A stretch of 64,000 bases of DNA, taken from assembly GCF_964355755.1 (NCBI RefSeq), contig NC_092676.1, forward strand, positions 25,686,871 to 25,750,870. Direction: 5' to 3'. Below the pieces are notes generated by a model. That model did not search any database. It saw only the letters and a list, made by a program, of their open reading frames with translations, and was not told the DNA's origin. Below, piece by piece: positions 43,483-58,100 of the stretch; within the stretch, counting starts at the first letter, position 1, and the number at the start of each line of letters is the position of its first letter. Source of the stretch: Antedon mediterranea (lineage: Eukaryota; Animalia; Echinodermata). Made by a program: the position numbers and the translations under genes.

Positions 43483-46400
43483 ATGGCTGCATCAGGTACA
43501 GTAGATCCTTATTAAAAGTGCTAGTCAATTTTCAAATCCTGAATTTTAAAATCATATCCATTCTTACAGATTAGAATAACGTAATCATATGGTACTCACT
43601 GTACCTCATTCAGACAACAAAAGATGGTGTCTTTTCCTATTACAGTATAATTATAATGTGGTACCTATTTGCTCCTAATTTGCTTAATGTACTCCTCATC
43701 CCTAGCAACTTGATAGCTACAGTATGGTACAGTAGTAATAAGAATAGAGATTCTGATAAATTGTCAAACATTATTTTGAAAAGTGTTTCTAATGTGTTTT
43801 CTTACTTTTTTCTAGGAATATCTCGCAAATCTTTTAATCAGACTTTATTATGTTTTTCAACTTGGTATGATGACCGAAGACTCACCAGGAAACTGAAAGT
43901 GTTGTATAATGGTCACATTGCAGAAGTTGACTTAGATAATGCCTCTACAACAATGGACTTGATGAATCATTTAATTGATTCTGGAGAGCTGAGTCCAACA
44001 GATCTCACCATTCTGTATGATACCATAAAGGCCACTAAACAGTTTGGTATTGTAGACCAACTTATATTTTACATTCCTTATTTTCCTAATGTTAAAGATA
44101 TCATTATTACAAAATTCAGCCATCATCAACTAAAGATTCTGGATTTTGGAAATTCACTGACACAAGAGGATGTGAAAAAAATTGATAATATGTACAATGA
44201 TCCACCCAACAACTATCAAAACGCATGGAGTCTTATCATGGATTTACAGTACAGACAAATTATTTGTGAAGAAGAGGAAATAATGGATGAATTTGTTAAT
44301 GCCTTAAAAGGTCTTGGACTACATAGAGCTGTGAGAAGTCTTGTCAAAGGTATGTCGATGTTGCTTGCTTGGAGAGCAATTTCCATACATTTTATCTATC
44401 AAACCCAATGAGATACAGTTTAGTTACAGTAAATGTTTTTTGGAAATATTATAATGTTTACAGGATCATGCAAAAACTTATTTACATTTTTTATGTTACG
44501 GATGGACATTTTAGCATGTAGTTATTAACCGATTAAAATGTCAGTTTTGGAAAAATAAGTCATTTATCTGTAAGTTATTTAACTTATTATATATTAATTG
44601 AAAATTCTTATGAAATGCTAAGATTGGTGGTTATGTTGCTTGGCCAATCCAAGGGTACTACTGTAGGTACAAGTCCTGTCATGTCACGATTTTTTCTAAT
44701 GACAAATTACAACTCCACACCTAAAGACGTGTAATAAGACTTTGTTTATGTAGAGCATCTTGTGTATATGTTTGTCTTGTGAACAGGATTGCCACCTTTA
44801 AGAACTTAAGGATAGTGAATAAATTCGCTTATGGTTATCCTTGGCAATTTGCCTAAATATATAAACAAAACAAACAAAATATGAAGCAATATTTTTCCCC
44901 CATTGTTAGTTTTAGTAACCTGAAGTAATTAAGTAACATTATTATAACAATTAAATATATGTTATAATAATTTAAAATTTTTGCTTTAATGCTACACTTA
45001 AATGGATATCACTCTATACAAGATGTAACAAATGTGTGTATAATTGTTACTGTACTAAATTTGCTCTAGCAAATAGTCTATTGTAAAGAGTGCAAACAAT
45101 ATTGTTTATCTCAACAACCATTTTATTTGTTTGTATTAAAGATGTCCAAATACCCGTAACACTTAAAAGAAGGAAAAGGATTGATGTTGATGAAGGTCAA
45201 CCATCTTCGAGTAAACGTGATGAATATTCTAGCCAAGAAATAATGAATCATTATATTGATTTGCTAAATAGTCTTCACAAATATAAAGGTAGGTTATATA
45301 GTATAAAAGAACTAATATTATTATTTGTATCACAATGGTACAGATGTAATGAAAATTGGTAGAGTAGTTTATAGCACATAATTAGTGTAGATTTGATCAA
45401 ATTAGCTGTTTTATAATACGGAAAAAATTAGAAAATAACTGTATGTATAATGCAAATGAGCAACCACCATTTAAACTAGATTTGAACTCGTCACTACAGA
45501 CGAGTTAGGTTATCCGCAGCGCAAACGCCACGTGCATGTCATACGTTAGAATATTGTGCACAGAAAAACGATTATGCCAGTGAAAAAATGTTAGTGCGCT
45601 CTCTATTTTGTGTCGCATCTAAGTGTATAAAGTATACACTTATACTGTTTACGTACTACATACAGTGCAGAATAGGTGAAAATAAGTGACCAAAGTTATT
45701 GACGCTTTTGCACATGATGATGTCATCATAATTTAAAAAATTTTAAATCATGCGAAAGATAATTGATTGACCTAGACAATATAAAAAAATGGGGGAAAAT
45801 GGAATACGGATAAGTGGAGATGCGCTCTATTAAATGTGATGAGCTATGTCGAAAGAGACAAAAATCCTATATTTTATATTTGAGTGGCCATACGATGAAG
45901 TCACAATGTCCAGTTAGCCATGTTGATGCATGATCCGATATCAACAACTTATCTACTTCCAGAATATGTAATAAAAAATAAACTTCATCATGTAGTTTAG
46001 AAAGGAATAAATGCGCGCAAATTGTCCAATTCTACGCGCTCGTATGACGTGATTTTAAGTCGAAATTGTTTGAAAGTTGGTAAAATTACTAGAAAAGGCT
46101 GAAAAAACATAAATCAAGCTAAAAAAGTGTTTTTTAGCGCTACGTGCGTAAAAAATTGCGCATGCGTGGGAATTTTTAACATGCTTAAAATGACATGAAA
46201 CGCGTGGAATGATTTTTCGCATTTTGAAATTTTAACTTTGTGTGAAACATGCCATTTTAATCCAAGTGTCAATACAAAATGACTTTTGGTTTTTAATCTA
46301 TGATCAATCATTGAAATTCATAAAATTGCGCGTAACTTATGCTGCGCGACTCTAAAGTCAAAAAACGAAATGTCCTGCACTTCTACAGTTAGAGGCCAAT

Positions 46401-49400
46401 CTTCTGACAAAGTTATACGATGTAATGTTGATAAGAATATGAGATACACGTGACACAAAATTCTGGGAAAGAAAGAAGAATATAGAAAGAAAAAAAAAGA
46501 TCGTGACAATAACAAGGGGTTATCCGCCAAGTGCGGATAAACAATAAATCTGAAAAAAGAATAATACCAGAATAATGAGCAATCCGTGGTGTTTGCATTG
46601 CATTTGTAGCACTTTTAACATAGTATAGGTGCCCTCACTTGAGCGGATGTATACCTGAGACTAAATTTACATACAGTAGATATTATACAGTACATTAAAT
46701 AAAATTATAATAATATATTTTGCAATTATATAACATTTCATAGAAAATATTTAATAACAAATTATTGTACATTTACTTTTAGAAACAAATTATTTTACCA
46801 CCATGCTAAATTAGTTCACAAAGAAAGGCTCAACAGCAACAAGAAAAATCAACCATGCATTACCCAGAATTGCTTGTTCTTTGCCATTGCCGCATACTAA
46901 TATACACCCATTAATTACCGTACTGACGCGAGTATAAGCCCATACTCGGGTATAAGCCCACCCCGACTTTTGACTAATTTTCATGAAAAATGAAGCACTC
47001 AGGTAAAAGCCCACCAATTAATTCGAAGATCTACAGTGTGTGCCGTAATACATTATTTTGTATTTGGCGAAGTCCATACACCGAATACACATACCTTTGA
47101 TCATAACCAAGCTAGGCTAATATACGCTAGGCCATATGAGGCCTAGCGGTCCTGTTTTGTTTACACTCCATCGCGGTCGAAGATCGCTTCACATGACGCT
47201 ACAAGTCGCCAAAACGGAAAACCACTATTTGGTATCGGCTGCCATAAACAAGCTTATTAAATTTCATTGGTACATTTCTATTTAACGAACATTGTACACT
47301 TGCTTTTCTGCTTGATAAATTCTTGTTCAATTGATGTTTAAAATAAGATATTCTACGATAAATTACACGAACTATAAGCTTAATTTTCCGACACTCTACA
47401 CCCTGTGTATTTAGAGGCAACATCGTATTACACATCGCAACCCCTCGTGAGGGCGCTCGCTCGCATGGTGGAAATACACAGTGTCCATGTGCTGTTTTTG
47501 ACATTCTGCATTTTTGGATCCTCGGGTATAAGCCCACCCCCCAAACTTGACGTGATTTCATGTTCAAGGGGGGTGGGCTTATACCCGCGTCAGTACGGTA
47601 AGTATGTGTTTATGATGTCAATTACTATAAAATACATGTTAATAATAGGCGACAATGTTTTTAACAGTTTTAACAGTTAAAATTATTTAATATTTTTTTT
47701 TTCTACCAGAAACAAGTCAAATATTGAAATATTATTAAACTATCCTTCATAAAAATTCCTCAACAAAGTGCCCGGCAGTTGATGTGAACTGTCTATTTGG
47801 CAGTTTTTTACTAAATAAATTGCATGAAACCAATAATTGTATAATATCCAAATAGCATTTAACATGAAAAATTGTACACAGTACGTCCCGACGTATGCTG
47901 CGTCCTAATGGAAAACATTACTATTGCATGGAAAACCGTGGATTGCACATTTTTCTGAACAAGATCAAATCCTCCATTATCAGTATTAATTGAATATCAT
48001 GTGACCATATCAAATGACAAGGATCTACTTTAGGTGTTAATACAAATAATTAATGAATGTACGTTGATTCTCTCCATTCCAAAATCAGACAAATTGGTTA
48101 ATTTAAATAAGTCTCCGAAAATGTATTTGAGATAATTCTGCCGTATTGAATGTCAAATACGTCTGTAGGTGGCACTAGAAATTACAGGCTGCACACGCTA
48201 TACAGTAGGACTTAATTATTGCATTTTTATCTTCTAGCCGGCCTATCGGCTGTTTACAAAAGCTGAATGTTCATTAATACTATTTGTTATCACTTTTCCG
48301 TAGAACCAAAGATCTTAGAAAGTAATATTTGAAAAAAATGCCATATGGGTTTATATAAACTTGGGAAGTGGTAATAATATTCATAATAGAGTGTCTGTGT
48401 TCGCCAGAGTGTGAAATGTGATTCCTTCATTCCTAGCGATCGGTGAATAGCCATCCCACTAAAGCACGGTTTTGTGGATGGGAGATGGTGACATGCGTAG
48501 TCTAAAAGTAGGCAGGGCTTTATTTTAAATTGTCGTCATCTAGCGCTTCGCTGGTTGTGCGTAAAGTCTCTAATTATTATGCGGTCAACAATTATAAAGG
48601 TACAGTGCAATCTTCTTCAAAAACATCCATTTGGAAAGTAGTTTTGAAAGGTTTATATGTATTCTAGTTTTTTGTTTTAGAGTATTTATAGAATGTTGAC
48701 CTCTGCCCTTTGCGATTTATTTGGTTATAAAATTTAAAAGTCTGTAAACTTCTCTGTTTCTATGACATTCTGATTTTAAATTTGTTTGCAATGCGTCAAT
48801 CTTAAGTCTGATGGTTGAATTATTTAATGTAAGAGAGTGTAGCAGTCGACATCACTGACAAAATTATAGTAAAGATGTAATTATACTTTATTGCTAAATG
48901 TGTGCTAATTGTTTCTATTTTGATTTCCAAGAATCCACTCCAGCAGAAATACTTTCACGAGGACCAGAAGCATTAAAAGCATTTAATGAAGCTCTGAAGG
49001 AAGGGGAAACTGAAGTTAAGCAAGGAAGAACTATTTTTGTAGGCCTTGAAAGAGTTGGAAAAACTTCTACTATCAATTCTCTGTTACGGAAAGAGTAAGC
49101 ATCTCTCAAATTAAGTTTATTTACAAAGACATACTGTAAGCTTAATTTTGAAGTATTTCAGGATACTGATAATTAAGTGATAGAAAGATGAAATTGGAGT
49201 TGGAGGTCTGTTAACTAGCATAAACAGTTTTATATTGCTGTGTAAATAATCTATAATTTTTATCGTTTCTCTCCTACTGTACAGTTAATTTAAAAACATG
49301 AAAGCATTGTATACAGTAGTTTAAATTATAATACTTTCATGTAAACATTTTTGTTTTGGATAGTTTTAATGCTAAGCAAGAAATAACTGATGCCATAGCA

Positions 49401-52400
49401 ACAACAAAGCTTGTGTGCACTCAAGATGCTGCTGATGAAACAATGTTGGAAGAAAAATCACAAGATACTTGTAAGTGTGCAGTAGTCAAATGCCTTGTTG
49501 TTCTTCCTATCTAATCATTGCAATTAGTGACTCTCATAGTGGACTTTTTTTGTGTGCAATTTTTATACTTTTTTTAGTATAGTTTACCTCCTGTAAAGAT
49601 TGATTCCTAATTGGACTAAAAAAACAACGTACACAAAGCAAGCAACAGTTTGGTTTGGTCACGTCCTTGCATTGCATCCTTTTGACAATGTAAAGTTGCT
49701 TTAAAATTCTCTAAGAATATTGTTGAATCAAGACCTGATGATTTTTAACTGCATTATAACACTCTAGGCCGATTTTCCAAAGTCATAGGCTATAGAAACA
49801 TTTTGGCTATATAACCGATATTTCCTTTTTAACAGTTGTATTATAACAGTTTAGATCCTCCTTGAGAAAAATATCTCTCTGGACTGTATTTATGAAATAA
49901 TTGCTTTGAAAGATCTCAAATGAAAGATCTAAGCAGGCAATTTCTGTATAATATCACGGCATTGTCACTACTTTACTAGGCTATCACAGGGGCGGATTTA
50001 GGATTTTGATAAAGAGGGGACAGATATGGGAAAATATACGTCTTTTTTTCTAGATGCCCGGAGATATTATCTGAGTCGTTTTGACCGGTCGATTCTTGTC
50101 ATATAGTTATATGAATATAGTGCATTTTATAGACTATATTTAATATAAAGGCTGTTTTCCTGTCGATGTAACGTTATGACAAGTTGCGTTGAGTTGCATT
50201 GAATTTTCACATGGTTAAAGTTAAAAATAAATAACGATAACGATGATGGAGCCCCAAATCCCCTCCCACTCCAAGTCTGCCCCTGTATCATGAAGTTGAG
50301 TAATGAATAATAAAGAGTGCTTTTCTTTTGTATGCAACAAAACATACTTCTGTATGGAACATTAAGACACTATTTTTCTTTTATAATTGAAGCTTATGGC
50401 CTTTATGAGAATGCTATCGCAGACGAAATGGTGACAATTTTAGAGAGGAAGAGACTGAGCGAAGCATCAATAAAAGCAGCTTTTGATTCTGACAATTCTG
50501 AAGGAGAAACATCTATAAAACCACTGTTAGAGAGTGAACCCCAAAAGGAATATAAAGTAGACGTACCAGAAAAGTCAAATCGGGGATCCAAGCGAAAAAA
50601 AAAAGGGAAGCATAAAGACACGTCAAAACGTACAAAACAAGGTAAGTATTTAGCATCCTACAATTCATGTAGACTATAAAGTTAATGGTACAGTCCTATG
50701 AACACAGTTGAAGAGAGTAACTATAACATTTTCAGAAATAATTCTGGAATAAAATAGATTTAATTTGCCTCTGTGACGTATTATAGGTTTATATCATGGA
50801 TCAAATAACAAGAATATATCGACGGTGACATAAAGAGATTTTCTAATGTGCTAGCCTATTCTAAACGGCACTGCTACATATCCTTTTGCTATTTTATCCA
50901 TGGTTATATGCATTGATTTTGTCAGAATAATATATTGATTGATTATTTGATTTCAGAATAGCAAAATTTCATATCCAAAAAATAACAATGCAAAGAAAAA
51001 CGAAAATCACACTAAAATAGGATTTTCTCTCATTTAGTGACAATTATATTTTCCCCTTGATTGAATTCAATCTTGGTACCACAAATACTATAACCAGTAT
51101 CACTTCACATCGAGCCACCTACACTTCAATAAAACCTAAAGAAAGATCCCTCCGTGCATTTGCTATGTGCAGATATAAGATTATTACATACCGCAATAAT
51201 TTTTACTAGATGCATACATTATGGCCTACATTACTGAATGGGTAAAATAAATTATTATTTCTGTTGGTTACACTTCCCTGCACAGCATGTTTTGTCATCG
51301 ATCAAACACGTCTTATTTTAAAATTAAGCATATTTCTTAACATTCTGTTTGCCTTACATGTGCATGGCCTGTCACTTTTAACATGCTCGTATAATGCTAT
51401 TTCAAGTTGAAAAGTGAATAAAATAGGATAAAATTGTCAACGAAAAGGTTGTAAAACAGTAATCGTGTAAAAATACTTGCATTCGTAGCAATATTTGAAA
51501 TGTTTAAAATTGCCTAAAACATACTCTAATTTTTGTTGAAAATGAATTTTGAAAATTGTAAAAATTGTTAACATGCTTACATGCGTTATACGTGCTATGC
51601 ACATGCAGTTAATTTATCTGGGCAATAGAGAGATCCTTTAAATCCGATATTTATTATAATTTATAAATTCTAATATATTAATTCACACACATTAATTAAG
51701 CAGGTTGCTTTGAAGAATGAAAAATAGGTTTTAAAAATGAATAGAAAAAAAACAAATGCTGGTGAACAGGTCAAAATGTTATAATACATTATGAACGTAA
51801 CCACACAGATTTAATAAATTTAAGTGGGGGAAACAATATTGTTAGAAGGGCATTTTTTGTTTTGATGGTTACTTTGCATTCCATCAGATTTCTTTCTGAG
51901 TGAAGCCACTTACACTATATGAGTGGCTTTCGGCTGCAGTCAGGAGCTTGGAGAGGAGACACAGGCACAAACAAGTACATTTTCAAGCACTGATTGATAT
52001 TGCAAGTGACCATGACCTTTTTCGGGCAACCTTCAATCTAAAAATTAAATGCATTTTAGAATTAGAATTAACAATCAACATTTTTTACTAATTTCATCAG
52101 AAAAAAAGACAGAAATGCCTAAAAACATCCAAAAAACTGTGGAGGAAAAACTTAAAAAAAGAGAAAGAGAGATTGTGTTTCAAAAGGAAGGTGACTCAAA
52201 GGTGACAAGCAAAGAATTTGTTATGAATATCTGGGACTTTGGAGGCCAACCAATCTATCATGTGATGCAGCGGGTAAATTAATCAAGTTTGCTTAAATAA
52301 ATTTTACTTTGTTTTTGTGGGGTAGAGGTTTCCAGTACAATATATAGATATAAAGATATACAAAGACTGAGGCCTAAAATAGTATAAGAACAAAAAACTA

Positions 52401-55110
52401 AATATATGAACACAACTATTTGGATTAGTGGACTCAAAATGAACAAGTCAGCTGATGGGCAACAAATTGTTCTTGTTTTGCTTTACCAACTGATGACATC
52501 AAGTCACACAATTTATCAACAAATTTAAAATTTAAAAACCTTCTGTTATTGAATATTTTTGGAAAATTGGAAAATAAAAGGGCTATACACTTTATTAGTA
52601 TACCATAAAAAACAAATCAACGAGATATGAACATTTTGATGCAGAACTTATCTAAACAATACAAATTTCAAACAACAACAAATAGCTTGATTGTGCCAAA
52701 AGATTGTGGGAAAGTGTAAAAATTCATTGGTATTTGATGAGAATAAAATTAGTTGTTGAATAAATAGTTGGAAAACAAAAATGATACATATAAGTATATT
52801 TCTCCTCACTAATTTGTTTAAAAATAAATATGGTAGACTCAAGGCCCATTTGCACTAGGATGATAATGATTGACGATAAAAAAAATAATGCATTTTCCTA
52901 CATAAAACAAAGGAAATCTAAAAAGTTTTCATCCTAGAACTATAGGATAACCATCTATGCCACCTTTGATGAAAATAATATTTTCACACGTCCAATCAAA
53001 TGACATGATCAATAAGAGAGACTAGAGCAATATTACCGTGATGATTATCGATTTTATTGTTCTTATTGATTGGATTTTTTATTGGATTTAAAAAAATACT
53101 ATCCTATAGTTTTGGAACGAAAAATTGTTTAATTTCCTTTGGTTTTAAAAAACAAAAATTTATCAGCCTTAAAACAACATCATATTCACACCATGTGCCA
53201 TGAAAATGTGCTAAAAGAATCTTGAAAATAATAGGAAGAATCACAGGCATTTGATTTGAACATAACTTACTCTATTTGTACTATTAAATCATGAGTACAA
53301 CAGAAGGCTCAAGCAGAGTTAATTTTGGTATCCCAAAAAATAGAAATAGAATAAACATAGAACAACTTATTTTGATTTAACCATTGAGATCACAAGATAT
53401 TCAATGGGCAGAACTCATATACATGTGTGTTATTTATTATATTATTCAGCTATTAATTTCATTATTTTAATTGTCATGTATCTCAGATCTTCATGGTATC
53501 TTTTGCTGTTGTCTGTGTAGTATTCAACCTGTGTGATGATCTTGATGCCCCAGCAAAGGTTTTGAATCCAACAACTGTAAGAATTTAAATTTATATTTTT
53601 ATCTCACAGTTAAGTTTCTTTATAAACTAGTTTATGGGTCATTCCATCTCAGATCACCCAATGAGTTAAACCCTACCTCTTCCAATTTTGATGAAATTTG
53701 GTATATGGGTGATTCATAGCAATTAAAGTCAAAATTTCAAATTTTAACTTTATCGGACCAACGGTTTTCGAGATATCGCAATTTCAATTTTCGGTTTTTA
53801 CGCAAAAAAGGGCGCGTCCGCCACGTTTCAAAGAGCTGTATCTCGGGAACTATAGGTTCAATTTTAAAAGCAAAGGTATTTTTGTAAAGGGGAGACCATA
53901 AGGAATCTAAATATACTAATTGTGTGTGTTTTATGTTAATTTTAAGTTTAATAAAACTTTGAAATATATTTTGACCTTGAAATTGACACCGTGGAACACG
54001 CCCGATTTGTTGGTGACTATCACGAAAAATGTAGCCCTACGTGTCAACTACAACATATAAAAAAATTGGAGGGGTTTTTTTCTTTGTTTCCATGAAATTA
54101 CAATTTGAAGTTGACATACCTCTTCCTTTTAGTGTATTTTTTGGTGTTGTTATATACTTATACACAGTGTGAACACTAACTGTTAAGGTGTCTTATTGTT
54201 ACGCTTTCTCATCAGGCCCACTTAAACACTACAGTAGATATATTTTGATATGAGAAATACTGGGTAACTCACATACTTTTCAAATCAATTTTGACACATA
54301 GTTTAGTGTCCTTACTATGTTATTTTAGTGTATTTTGGTGTCTGTCCATGCATTACTTCAATGTCAATTTGATGTATTCCAAAAATAATTTTATTTACAA
54401 ACTAAATATTATTATAATGTTACAATTGTCTATGTCTGGCCTTTACTCCTTGTCATCTGGCCAATTCAAACAGTATTTAGAAATGTTGTGGCGTTCATTT
54501 TGGGAAATTACTGTAATTCCTAGTCGAAGAGGATTTTATAAACGGAGAGGCTATAATACAATGTACATTTGATTCAGGAATCCAACAACAGTCTTCTTTG
54601 GACGGCCAATAAAAGATTTTCGCTGGCCCATGAGGATGCATAAATTTAATTTGATAATCCCCAAACTCTTCTGAGACATCCACAACCAAATGGGACACCA
54701 TCATAACTACAGCACACAAATTCTGAAGTCTAATAATGGTGGGTTGTGTATCAGCAACAATTTCATTTTCATCACTGAAAGATTCTTGAATCACTACCAC
54801 ATCCGGAGGGTTTATCTGGGTACTAAGTTTGTAGACCTGCATCTGTGCCAGATAAACGTGAACAAAGCGATGATATTGTAATGTACCCTTGATGGTCTGG
54901 GCGAGGTTGAATCTCGGCTTTATTTCTTTTTCCACAGTAGATACCTCATCTATTCCCACATGAAAAAAGTTGATGCCTGGAATGTCCATATGAGCGAGTC
55001 ATATGGCCGAGCGGTTAAGGCAGGGGCGTCGTTTACCGTACCTAAAGAGCCAACAACAACATCGGCAAGGGTTCGAGGCCGACTCGCTCCTAGTTCTGGT
55101 GGTGGAACAA

Positions 55111-55144
<34 letters not shown>

Positions 55145-58100
55145 AGTGTACACAGTTATAACCTGTGTGTACTTTAAAGAACCCAGTTCATTATTCGAAA
55201 AAGAGTAGGGGGTTATCCCGGTGAACTGGTTCACACAATAGCCCCTGTATCAGGGGGATTACCACCTATCTGATAGGACAGTGATTAATTCACTATTGGT
55301 AATCCTTGGCCACATTGCCTAAAGACATAAATAAAAATAAAAAATTACACAGTAGTCGAACATACTGAGAGATGTGAGAATATGACATTCAGTCAAACGC
55401 TGTAAGCTTCTCTTAGTGACAAGCCTCTTAACTGTTCCACCTATGCCATCACATGCACTCTTGCCATGTGATGTAGCGAAAAAATTCCCCTCGGCGTCTA
55501 AACCAAAATCTTCCTGGTGGTGGCAAAGGTTAATAAAGTTATATTTGTTTTTGTATTGGCCGCCACATCCATCTGTGAAATAATGAACTTTTTTCATGGT
55601 TGGTAGTTTTGATTTTAAATAGGGGATGACAACCTTTAAAAAGGCATCAGTAACTGATGTATGTTCTCTGCAATCACTTATTATGCATTAATATGCATAA
55701 TAACATAGTAAGGACACTAAACTATGTGTCAAAATTGATTTGAAAAGTATGTGAGTTACCCAGTATTTCTCATATCAAAGTATATCTACTGTTTAAGTGG
55801 GCCTGATGAGAAAGCGTAACAATAAGACACCTTAACAGTTAGTGTTCACACTGTGTATAAGTATATAACAACACCAAAAATACACTAAAAGGAAGAGGTA
55901 TGTCAACTTCAAATTGTAATTTCATGGAAACAAACAAAAAAACCCCTCCAATTTTGTTATATGTTGTAGTTGACAAGTAGGGCTACATTTTTCGTGATAG
56001 TCACCAACAAATCGGGCGTGTTCCACGGGGTCAATTTCAAGGTCAAAATATATGTCAAAGTTTTATTCAACTTAAAATTAACATAAAACACACACAATTA
56101 GTATATTTAGGTTCCTTATGGTCTCCCCTTTACAAAAATACCTTTGTTTTTAAAATCGAACCTATAGTTCCCGAGATACAGCTCTTTGAAACGTGGCGGC
56201 CGCTCCCTTTTTTGCGTAAAAACCGAAAATTGAAATTGCGATATCTCGAAAACCGTTGGTCCGATAAAGTTAAAATTTGAAATTTTGGCTTTAATTGCTA
56301 TGAATCACCCATATACCAAATTTCATCAAAATTGGAAGAGGTAGGGTTTAAAATTCCATTTTTTTTGGGTGAACTGAGATGGAATGACCCTTATTGTATA
56401 TTACATATTTAGAAAACCAAAGCAGAAGGTAATTTGTCAATTCTCTTAATAAAAGAATTGAAAGATAAAAATATTTTTAAAAAGGTTTCTATGAAATGTT
56501 GCATTTAGGGTGAGGTGTATGATCATCGAATGACAAATCTTGAGTTCATTCTTCATTGGATTCAGTCTGCATACACAAACAGTAGACCTGACGCAAAGAC
56601 AAATGATGGTCAGCCTTCTCCTCCTATATTTCTGATTGGTACACATTTTAATAGCCTTAAAGGAACCGAAGCAGAAAAGAAAAAAAGGGTATAGTATAGT
56701 ATATAAACAATGTAAAATGCACTGTGATATAAATAATTAACCTTGGTGCTCCACTTCCATTATATTATTTTGATGTAATGTCTTGTTATCAGTTTTTTAT
56801 ACTGGGCGCCCTCTTCAGTCAAGACTGGTCTCCCAGGTTTGCGAGTTATGATCAGTGGCTGTGATGTACTAGTAGACCTGAGTAACCCACTACTCGTCTC
56901 AAAAGGTGTACTACAGTAGGTCCTTTAAAGTGCACATGCGCTAGATGTGTACACTGGACCTATGGTTTATAGTCCTTATCCAAGAAGACTTGTTCTACCA
57001 CCAGAACTATGGAGCAAGTGAGCCTCAAACCCTTGCCGATGTTATGGCTACGTTATTAGGATTCCACTGTCTTAACTGCTGGCCACTTACTAACATTTTA
57101 CAAGTTATTGTCAGTGCATATTTTAGGTGTACAGTAGTGTACAGATGTACAGCAGATGAATCTTTATTTCAGGTTGCACAAATAAAGAATCAAATCTGGC
57201 AGGCCCTGGCAGGCAAACCATTTGCTGCTCTTGTGCGCTCAACTATCTTTACCATTGAAAACAGTTTACCATTTTCAAGGAGCAATGGTTGTGACATCAT
57301 AAAAGAAATACTTGATTTATCAAGGAAAATGATTCAAATTTTACCAATAAAATGGCTGCAAATCCAGCAGGAAATTCAAAAGTTAAAGAAGAAACACATC
57401 TATCTACCTCTATCTAACTAAGCAGGTATAAACATGTTTAAAAACTAATTTAAATCAAAATATGTAAATAATATGAAACCTGCTTTCTTAAAATGAATAT
57501 GACCTCAATTGCATACTTAATTATATTCTCAGTACTGTCATTCAGTATATTGCAAATTTAAGCACGACGAGAACTACTAATTATTCAATAGATAAACATT
57601 AAATATACAGATCGGAAGAAAAACACATGTAATTAAGTGAAAAATGAGTAAAAAACTCATTTTCAGATTTATTTTTTTTAAATAAATGTTGTAATAAAAC
57701 TTTTTTGTCCATCAGATATTTGATTTAGTTGTCAGCTTAGAAGTAATACATAACCAAGATGTTCTGCTCCAGTATTTACATGACATTGGTGAGATTCTCT
57801 ATTATCCAGATGATGAGGCTCTAAAGGATATAATAGTCTTAAATTTGATGCGTTTAGTTGACATGTTTAAAACAGTCATCACTGTTGAAGATCCAAAGCT
57901 TCAGGTTAGCAAATATATGTTGTATAGTAAGTAAATGGTTAAACATTTGCATATTTGTGCGATTTGAAAGTAGTATTAGTTTTTGCATTTTAACCCCAGA
58001 AAATCTTTGTTTTACTATCTGGTGCTCTGTATTATATGTACCAAGTATCTTCATTAAAATGAGTGACACAGTAAATCAAATTAGTATACTGTAATTAACA

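Noticed and set aside
46783-47790. Additional ROCO exons starting at 46783 and 47710 (AG|AAACAA acceptors)
   Set aside because: Both hit in-frame stops within about 11 codons and are cut by TE insertions. The gene stays in phase without them. They may be decayed exons, but I cannot support that.
51888-52091. Possible extra exon, or 63-aa ORF, before the G3 exon
   Set aside because: The phase-1 reading from the CAG acceptor stops quickly, there is no convincing donor and no recognisable motif.
56945-57172. N-terminal part of the 158-aa ORF as coding sequence
   Set aside because: It translates an antisense SINE and intron sequence. The real exon starts at the TTTCAG acceptor (57173).
57419-57421. 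Stop-codon readthrough or selenocysteine recoding in the ROCO gene
   Set aside because: The stop is TAA, and readthrough would not fix the +1 phase mismatch with the next exon.
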